From Planctomycetota bacterium (lineage in GTDB: Bacteria > Planctomycetota > SZUA-567 > H5-PLA8): 64,000 nucleotides of DNA. Shown piece after piece: positions 57,970 to 64,000 of the stretch. Both the position numbers and the translations under genes were made by a program. The DNA lies in contig JBBRPR010000004.1 in the NCBI GenBank assembly GCA_038227875.1, positions 190,567 through 254,566 on the forward strand, written 5' to 3'. How positions within the stretch are numbered: position 1 is the stretch's first letter; each line of letters opens with the position of its first letter. The notes under the pieces are model-generated. The model searched no databases and had not been told where the DNA came from. It saw nothing but the letters and a program-made list of their open reading frames with translations.

Positions 57970-59133
57970 TTACTCCTTCTTCGGCAGTCGGCGCGCGTTG
58001 TCGTTGGTGAGTTCCAGATTCAATTCCTGGTAGGCCTGGTAGTCGCGCAGCTGCTTGACGAAGCTCGCGGGGCGCTCGCGCGTTTCCGACTGCACCCACG
58101 CGCGGACGCGCGCGTTCAGGTCGGAGACCAGTCCCATGTTGGTTTCCAGGTAGTCCTTGGTCGCCTGCTTGGTCTTGGGCCAGCGCCGCTTGCTTTCGTT
58201 CTCCCACCAGCGCTTGACGTCGTCCTTCACGTCTTCCACCTGCGCCTGCTGGGTTTCGTAGTAATCGTTGAAGTGCTGCTTGGCCTTGGCGGTGCGTTCG
58301 TAGATTTCACTCTTGATGTACCGGCGCACGTCGTCGTTCAGGTTCTCGACCATGGCGCGCTGGCCTTCGGTATAATCCTTGATCTGGATCGTTTCCTTGT
58401 CGGCGCGGTCCTTCTGTTCCTTCCACCAGCGCGAGACGTCTTCGTGCAGCTTCTCGGGCAATTGCGACTGCGTGTCGAACCAGTCCTGCACCTGCTGCTT
58501 GTCGGCCTTGGCGCGAGCTTCCTGGCCCTGGCGGAAGCGCCGGATGTCGTCGCGCACCAGGTCGACCTGCGCGCGGTTGGTGTCGACATAATCGTCCAGT
58601 TGCGTCTTGATCTTGCCCCAGCGTTCGATCTGCCCTTCCTTGAATTTGTGAACGTGATCGGACAGCTTCGCCAGATTTTCGTTCTGCGTCTCAACCCAGT
58701 CCTTGATCTGCTTGGTCTCGGACGCCGGGCGGTTGACCGTGTTCTCGTAATAGAAGCGCGCCACATCTTCGCGCACCTTCTCCGGCATCTCGCGCTGCGT
58801 TTCCACGTAGCGCTTGATGTCCTGCTCCGCCGCCGCCGCAAGCATGATCTGCAGGTCTTTGTAGGCCGCGATATCCTGGTGGAGATTTTCGAGCGACTGC
58901 GAATTGTATTCGTAGTAATCGTTGATCTGCGAGACGAGTTCCTTGGCCAGCAGTTCCTGCGCCGAGCGGTATTTGCGCACGCTCTGGTTGATCAGCTCAA
59001 CCTGTTCGGAGTTCTTCGCGTACCAGTTTTCAACGTCGTGTTTGTTCTCTTCAGCCGTCTCTTTGTCCGCGCCAATACAGCCGGACAGAACGGCGCAGAG
59101 GACAACCAAAGCTGCGGACATAATCCGGCGCAT
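57970..59133 (-). CDS. Lipoprotein with about 10 helical 36-37-aa repeats
   Basis: Lipobox LSGC; repeated Q(I/V)xD(Y/W)xE(T)(Q/N)...D(V/I)xR(Y/W/F). Confidence 0.88.
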   Translation of the reverse strand: MRRIMSAALVVLCAVLSGCIGADKETAEENKHDVENWYAKNSEQVELINQSVRKYRSAQELLAKELVSQINDYYEYNSQSLENLHQDIAAYKDLQIMLAAAAEQDIKRYVETQREMPEKVREDVARFYYENTVNRPASETKQIKDWVETQNENLAKLSDHVHKFKEGQIERWGKIKTQLDDYVDTNRAQVDLVRDDIRRFRQGQEARAKADKQQVQDWFDTQSQLPEKLHEDVSRWWKEQKDRADKETIQIKDYTEGQRAMVENLNDDVRRYIKSEIYERTAKAKQHFNDYYETQQAQVEDVKDDVKRWWENESKRRWPKTKQATKDYLETNMGLVSDLNARVRAWVQSETRERPASFVKQLRDYQAYQELNLELTNDNARRLPKKE

Positions 59134-59245
59134 GTCATTCCCTTAAACCGCGTTGAGTCAGCAGACTCACGCACTGATGCATTGGCTTTCAACCCGTTGT
59201 GTTAACTCATTTAACAAGAAAGGTCAATGCGAATAAACGGCTCTG

Positions 59246-59408
59246 CGGGATTCGGGATTAGGGAATCGGGATTCGCCGCCATTCTTCATAGGTAGAATCA
59301 AACTTGCACCTTGCGCCAACTGCACTTAACACCCCACCGCGCACACCCCATCAATCTCACTCCTGCGCGCCCCCATCCCTGACCCCTGGCCCCTGATCCC
59401 TGACCCCT
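59246..59408. repeat. Degenerate heptamer tracts (GGGATTC-like and CCCCTGA-like)
   Basis: 59246-59275 and 59372-59408; the second lies in the 3' tail of the DUF1992 gene. Confidence 0.55.
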
Positions 59409-59827
59409 CGCAATGAACGCGCGTCAGCGCGTTCATTGCGCTGCCGCCAGGTCTCCATGACCGACTCGACGTCGATGGCCGACATGTTCAGCGGCGGACC
59501 GTCCGTGGGCCGGGCGTTGATGATCGCGATGCGCCGATTGATATCGAGCAGCTTCTTGCGCACGAGATCCTCCCCGGGAAGTCCCCACAGCGAGGTCAGT
59601 TCCTCGAGCACATCCTTGCGGAATTTCAGCGTGTCTGGCGAGATCGAAAGTTCCTCGCGCGCCATGTATTGCTTGAGCCACCAGTTTTCGTCGTAGGGCT
59701 CATCGAGCCCCGGAATCGGCTTGCCGGCGCCGGGCAAATTATCAAACTGCCCCGCCTCGCGAGCCTGCCGGAAAACCGAATCGACGTAAGACTCCCACGA
59801 CTGCCCCGCCGGTTTGTTGGATGCCAT
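59357..59827 (-). CDS. DUF1992 family protein
   Basis: ES.VD..FRQARE.GQFDNLPGAGKPIP...DENWW; GGAGG RBS before ATG 59827. Confidence 0.88.
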   Translation of the reverse strand: MASNKPAGQSWESYVDSVFRQAREAGQFDNLPGAGKPIPGLDEPYDENWWLKQYMAREELSISPDTLKFRKDVLEELTSLWGLPGEDLVRKKLLDINRRIAIINARPTDGPPLNMSAIDVESVMETWRQRNERADARSLRGVRDQGPGVRDGGAQE

Positions 59828-59957
59828 AGGTGCGGCCTCCGCAACAAGTGGTGTATCGAAGCGAACCAGACTGCCCCGTCCACATTTCAACGATGCAAAC
59901 CGCGGGCGCAAAGTGGTCGGAAAATCGCCCGCCGTAACCGCTCCAGACTGCGCACTG

Positions 59958-60866
59958 CTAACCTGTAGTTGGAATAAGGTTGTGCTTGTCACGCCATTCA
60001 CGCGGAGAAACTCCGAGCGTGCGATGGAACATGCGCGTGAAATTCGAGAGCGTGTTAAACCCGCAATCAAGCGCCACGTCGAGTACCCGCTTGTCGGTGT
60101 TCTCAAGCATGACCGCGGCGGCCTGGATCCGGAGATGGGTCAGGTAGTCCTGGGGAGATTTCGAAAGCACCGTCTTGAACAGGCGTCTGAGGCTGGCGGG
60201 ACTGGTGTGGCAGGCCTTGGACAGACGTGAGAAGTCGATCTCGCTGGCGTACTCCCGCGACAGGATATCCAGGGCCGGGGCGAGGCGGGCGAGCGCGGTC
60301 GTGCGTCGCCGGCCCGCCACCGCGGTCCGGTTGCCTCCAGCAGGCAGCAGGCGTTCCAGCCGCACGAGCAGCGCCAGGACCAGCCCCTTCGCCGCCGTCC
60401 GGTAGCCCGGCTTGGCGTCGTCAAGTTCACGGATGATGGCCCGCACAAGCTCCACAACTTCCGGATGCTTCTTGCCGGAAATGATGTTCTTCAACTCCGG
60501 ATGCCCCAGGAAGGCGACCAGGCTTTGGGCTTCCCCAAACGATGCCGACAGCAGTCGCGACGGGTCGAGGAAAATCCAGGTTCCCCGGCTGACCGTGCCC
60601 TTCGAACTCTGCGCGAAATGAAAAACGCCGGGCGGCGTTACCGCCACATCGCCACCCCGGAACCGGAAGACCTTCCCTTCGGCCGCGAAGATTCCGCTGC
60701 CGTCATGCCAGTACCCGATCTCAAGGCAGTCGTGCTGGTGCAGGAAGCGGATCGGCTGATCGTCCTGCGGGTATTTCCTGATGGGACCTAGCCCGAGTGG
60801 AAACGCGGGGTTGAGTCTGATGGGAGATCGCGTCAATGCCGGTTTGGGAACTGATCGTTTATGCAC
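59958..60866 (-). CDS. AraC family transcriptional regulator
   Basis: LHQHDCLEIGY cupin; SPASLRRLF...DCGFNTLSNFTRMF; start uncertain. Confidence 0.88.
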   Translation of the reverse strand: MHKRSVPKPALTRSPIRLNPAFPLGLGPIRKYPQDDQPIRFLHQHDCLEIGYWHDGSGIFAAEGKVFRFRGGDVAVTPPGVFHFAQSSKGTVSRGTWIFLDPSRLLSASFGEAQSLVAFLGHPELKNIISGKKHPEVVELVRAIIRELDDAKPGYRTAAKGLVLALLVRLERLLPAGGNRTAVAGRRRTTALARLAPALDILSREYASEIDFSRLSKACHTSPASLRRLFKTVLSKSPQDYLTHLRIQAAAVMLENTDKRVLDVALDCGFNTLSNFTRMFHRTLGVSPREWRDKHNLIPTTG

Positions 60867-60972
60867 GCTATTTGATTCCCAACAGGGTGAACGTGTCCGC
60901 CGAAAATCGTAGACTTCGTGAAATGCAGGGTCAACAGCGAACGGTTCGCGCGGAACTAAAAGGGAGCAAGCC

Positions 60973-62370
60973 ATGCCCACGTTGATGCTCGTCGTCCTCT
61001 CGCTGCTGCTCGGGACCACCGGTCTGTTCGGCGCGGACACTCCGAATGTTTCCAAAATCTCCGCCGAAACCGATTGGGCTCGCTCCCGCGGCGCGGACGG
61101 CGACTGCAAAAGTCCAATGAAGGGAATTCGCACGGACTGGACCGGTGGCCTGAAAAAAATCTGGGAGGTAAAGGGCCTGAGCCCCGACGGCTGCACCTGG
61201 TCGGCCCCCAGTATTCAGGGTAACAAGCTGGTCGTCATGGGGCAGCGCGCCAATCCGGCGCCAGCGAAGGACAGCACCGACACGGTCTACTGCTACGACG
61301 CCGATAAGGGCGGAGAACCGCTCTGGAAGCAGGATTTCAAGGATGGCTACGGAGATTATGGCTGGGGTTTGGGCCCTACCGTGCAGCCCACCATGGATGG
61401 CGACAAGGTTTATGTGGCTGGCCGAGACGGAACGTTTTTGTGCCTGAGCATGGCCGACGGAAAGGTCCTGTGGAAATCAGGCGGAGTCTCCGCGTGTCAC
61501 GGCTACAACGCCAATCCCCTGATCTGGGACGACCTGATCATTGTGCCGGGGTACAAGTACGAGCAGTGGAAATACGCGTTGCTGGGTGCGCTTAAGAAAG
61601 ACACCGGCGAAAAGGTCTGGATCTACGGCACGACCGGCGGCGGAGAAGGCGCGCACTATGGAAATGTGTCGCCCGCGCGAATGAAACTGGATGGCAAGGA
61701 CCAGCTTGTTTACAGCACCGGAATGCTGGTCTGCGGATTGGATGCCCGCACGGGACAGCCATTCTGGGAGCATGAGATTGCGAAAGGGTGGGGTGCCAAC
61801 TACACGCCCTGCGGCCCCGTGGCGGCGTGGCCGTTCTTCTACGTCACCACCAGCGACAGCAAGCCTCCCATCGGGCTGCAATTCGAGCAGGGCAAACCCA
61901 AAGAAGTTTGGCGCGGCTTCAGTGGCAACAAAGGCAAATACTTTCCCAGCTTAAGTTCCGGAGTCGTCGTCGATGGCTACGTGTACACATTTACCAACGA
62001 TCCCGCCGGCCCCGATGCCTGGTATTTTGGCGGCGGTTTCAAAGGCGATCTCGTCTGCCTCGATCCCAAGACCGGACAGGTGAAATGGGAGCAGGCCACG
62101 GGCAATGGCAGCATGGTCGTGCTGGACGGCCACCTGCTCTGCCTGACGTACAGCGGCGAACTCCTTCTCGTCAGCCCGTCGCCGGATGGCTTCAAGAAAG
62201 TCACGGAATGGAAGGGCGCGGTGGCCCCTCACAGCTGGATGATGGGCGGCAAAGAACTGAAGAAGGACCCAGCCCCGTTCTGGGTAAATCCGGTCGTCGC
62301 GCGCGGGAAACTGTACATCCGCTACGACGACACCCTGACCTGTTTCGAGCTCGTCGCGTCGGCGAAATAG
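60973..62370 (+). CDS. PQQ-binding-like beta-propeller protein
   Basis: GGGAG RBS; signal peptide; repeated CL...DGK..W, D.KTG..KW; P.VARGKLYIR. Confidence 0.88.
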   Translation: MPTLMLVVLSLLLGTTGLFGADTPNVSKISAETDWARSRGADGDCKSPMKGIRTDWTGGLKKIWEVKGLSPDGCTWSAPSIQGNKLVVMGQRANPAPAKDSTDTVYCYDADKGGEPLWKQDFKDGYGDYGWGLGPTVQPTMDGDKVYVAGRDGTFLCLSMADGKVLWKSGGVSACHGYNANPLIWDDLIIVPGYKYEQWKYALLGALKKDTGEKVWIYGTTGGGEGAHYGNVSPARMKLDGKDQLVYSTGMLVCGLDARTGQPFWEHEIAKGWGANYTPCGPVAAWPFFYVTTSDSKPPIGLQFEQGKPKEVWRGFSGNKGKYFPSLSSGVVVDGYVYTFTNDPAGPDAWYFGGGFKGDLVCLDPKTGQVKWEQATGNGSMVVLDGHLLCLTYSGELLLVSPSPDGFKKVTEWKGAVAPHSWMMGGKELKKDPAPFWVNPVVARGKLYIRYDDTLTCFELVASAK

Positions 62371-62494
62371 AAATGAACTCGCATGGAGTAGACGGAAGCT
62401 CGGTGGTTGTGCGAAGCGAGACCATCGGAAACAAACGCCCAATTTCGATCTCCACCCCGGCAGGGGCTATACGAAGCGTAATTCCTGATCAATC

Positions 62495-62578
62495 AAGGGC
62501 CGAAGGCCCGCGCTAAACCAGCCTAGGGCAACGCCCTAGGAAAAATCCCTACAATGGATCTTAAGGGCTGAAGGCCCG
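62495..62578. repeat. REP-like element (family D)
   Basis: AAGGGC(C/T)GAAGGCCCG twice, flanking hairpin CCTAGGGC-AAC-GCCCTAGG. Confidence 0.75.
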
Positions 62579-62787
62579 AACTATCGAATGCGATTTTCGC
62601 GCTGCCGATCGCAGACTGTGGCCGAAAGTTCGGTCTTCTGCCTAAGTTGGCTGTTCCGTGTTGCCAGAGTCGCAGAAAACTTGAAGATTGATGTGTACAG
62701 CGAATGGCCTTAGCCTGATTCTTTGTTCGGCGCAAACCCTACCGCAGGTAATGAATATAATAATAATGCCAGAGATTAGGAGTCATC

Positions 62788-63624
62788 ATGCCCGATCAAA
62801 AGCCGCTAAAGGACCGCGTTAAGGAGTGGATGGTCAAGACGGGATATCCGCTAGAAATGATTGTGGCGAAAGAATTTCGCGACGTTGGTTTTTCATCCCA
62901 GCCTACTCAATATGTTGAGGATATCGAAACGAAGAAGCTGCGTGAAATTGACTTGCATGCGTCGCTTTGTCATTGGACTCCGAAGTACCGGATAATTTTC
63001 TCATGCGTTGTGGAATGCAAGGGCGAGGTCAATGATGCGGCTTGGGTCATGTTTTCGACCGGAACTAGACTTCCAGAAGGTTGGCTACTGTTACATACGA
63101 TTACTTCATCGCTTGGTCGAAAAATCGTCGATAAGGCATCGGATATTCCAGAACTGATGAAGTTACCATTTTTTCAGTCTTCAGGCCACACCGCGTATGG
63201 CATGGTCCGGGCGCTCACGAACAGCGGAGGTTCGGATGATTACCGGGACAACTGCTTCAAGGCAGTGCAGCAGGTATCAAACGCAATTCTTTCGTTGGCC
63301 TCGGCATATTCAAGAAATCAAGGTGAACCGACATTTTTCGTGGGTCGGCCGGTCATTGTAACTTCTGCTCCTCTTTTTGAAGCGCGATTAGGCGAAGCAG
63401 GTGAACTCGTGCTAGAGGAGCGGGCTCAGGGCCTACTTTCTTGGCGAGGTTCGCAAGCCTCAGAAATGTTAATCGATGTTGTTACCAAACCGGCATTGCC
63501 TGGGTTCGTTGCAGCCGCGAAGAATGCATATGAACTCTTGCAGTGCCAATGCCAACCATGGATAGAATCCTCGCTAGAACAATTCCATCGAGATAACACA
63601 CCGATCACCATTATCGGCGGCTAA
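62788..63624 (+). CDS. Hypothetical protein, putative PD-(D/E)xK nuclease fold, lower GC
   Basis: AGGAG RBS; GYPLE..VA..F, REIDL.A, VVECK. Confidence 0.7.
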   Translation: MPDQKPLKDRVKEWMVKTGYPLEMIVAKEFRDVGFSSQPTQYVEDIETKKLREIDLHASLCHWTPKYRIIFSCVVECKGEVNDAAWVMFSTGTRLPEGWLLLHTITSSLGRKIVDKASDIPELMKLPFFQSSGHTAYGMVRALTNSGGSDDYRDNCFKAVQQVSNAILSLASAYSRNQGEPTFFVGRPVIVTSAPLFEARLGEAGELVLEERAQGLLSWRGSQASEMLIDVVTKPALPGFVAAAKNAYELLQCQCQPWIESSLEQFHRDNTPITIIGG

Positions 63625-63632
63625 TACAGGCC

Positions 63633-63680
63633 CTTTGCCGTTCTTTGCCGTTCTTTGCGTCTTCGCGGCTTTGCGTGAGA
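63633..63680. repeat. REP-like tract (family E)
   Basis: CTTTGCCGTT CTTTGCCGTT CTTTGCGTCTTCGCGGCTTTGCGTGAGA. Confidence 0.6.
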
Positions 63681-63710
63681 TAAAATCACTAAAAACTCAA
63701 AACTGCCCTA

Positions 63711-63739
63711 TTGACATTCCCCTTCTGTTAGGGTACTCT
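63711..63739 (+). promoter_or_regulatory. Sigma70-type promoter
   Basis: TTGACA - 17 nt - TACTCT with A-rich upstream sequence. Confidence 0.65.
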
Positions 63740-63894
63740 TCCCTCACCTGCGAACGTCCGTCCTTATCGCTGATACGCGGTCCGGCGCTCGCCAACTTTC
63801 ATCACCCACACAACCAGAGTCACCACCAAAGCCGAAGCGCTTGCCGTGAGCTTGTCGACCGGCCCGGTGCCTCCGTGGGTAGAAAGTGATCGTT

Positions 63895-64000
63895 ATGAAT
63901 ACGCTCGAACCGCTCCACGAAAAAGCCATCGACCTCTTCGTCTCCGGTAAAAAACAGCATGAAGTCGCGAAGGAGCTCGACGTCAACCCGCGCACCGTCC
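63895..64000 (+). CDS. HTH-domain protein, truncated by the window end
   Basis: MNTLEPLHEKAIDLFVSGKKQHEVAKELDVNPRTV, a classic HTH pattern; too short for the ORF track. Confidence 0.7.
   Translation, partial: MNTLEPLHEKAIDLFVSGKKQHEVAKELDVNPRTV

Noticed and set aside
1..64000. tRNA, rRNA, transposase, integrase or prophage genes
   Set aside because: None recognised by eye; a tRNA/Rfam scan would be needed to exclude small RNAs

Overview
GC-rich bacterial chromosomal segment. Gene content suggests Planctomycetota (inference: DUF1559-like prepilins, DUF4159/prenyltransferase protein, extended ECF sigma factor, FGE-sulfatase and PQQ beta-propeller proteins, squalene-hopene cyclase). It holds about 48 credible CDSs. 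These include housekeeping genes (shc, ilvD, an alr-family racemase, rlmN, pterin dehydratase), a ~10 kb AraC-regulated catabolic cluster, a giant Zn-ribbon/TPR Ser/Thr kinase, a KaiC-like ATPase/hybrid kinase/receiver module and several lower-GC orphan genes. The intergenic DNA is unusually rich in REP/MITE-like palindromes and heptamer repeats. I saw no tRNA, rRNA, CRISPR, integrase or transposase. Best leads: (1) an ECF sigma gene with an internal Shine-Dalgarno plus GTG that would produce a nested, in-frame secreted protein; (2) a single-gene cassette bracketed by a 54-bp direct repeat of a gene 3' end; (3) a diguanylate cyclase fused to a glycogen-binding module; (4) a glycosyltransferase-TPR fusion divergent from a Ser/Thr/Gly-rich surface protein; (5) a lipoprotein built of about ten 36-37-aa helical repeats. 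All family calls come from motif recognition by eye; no searches were run.
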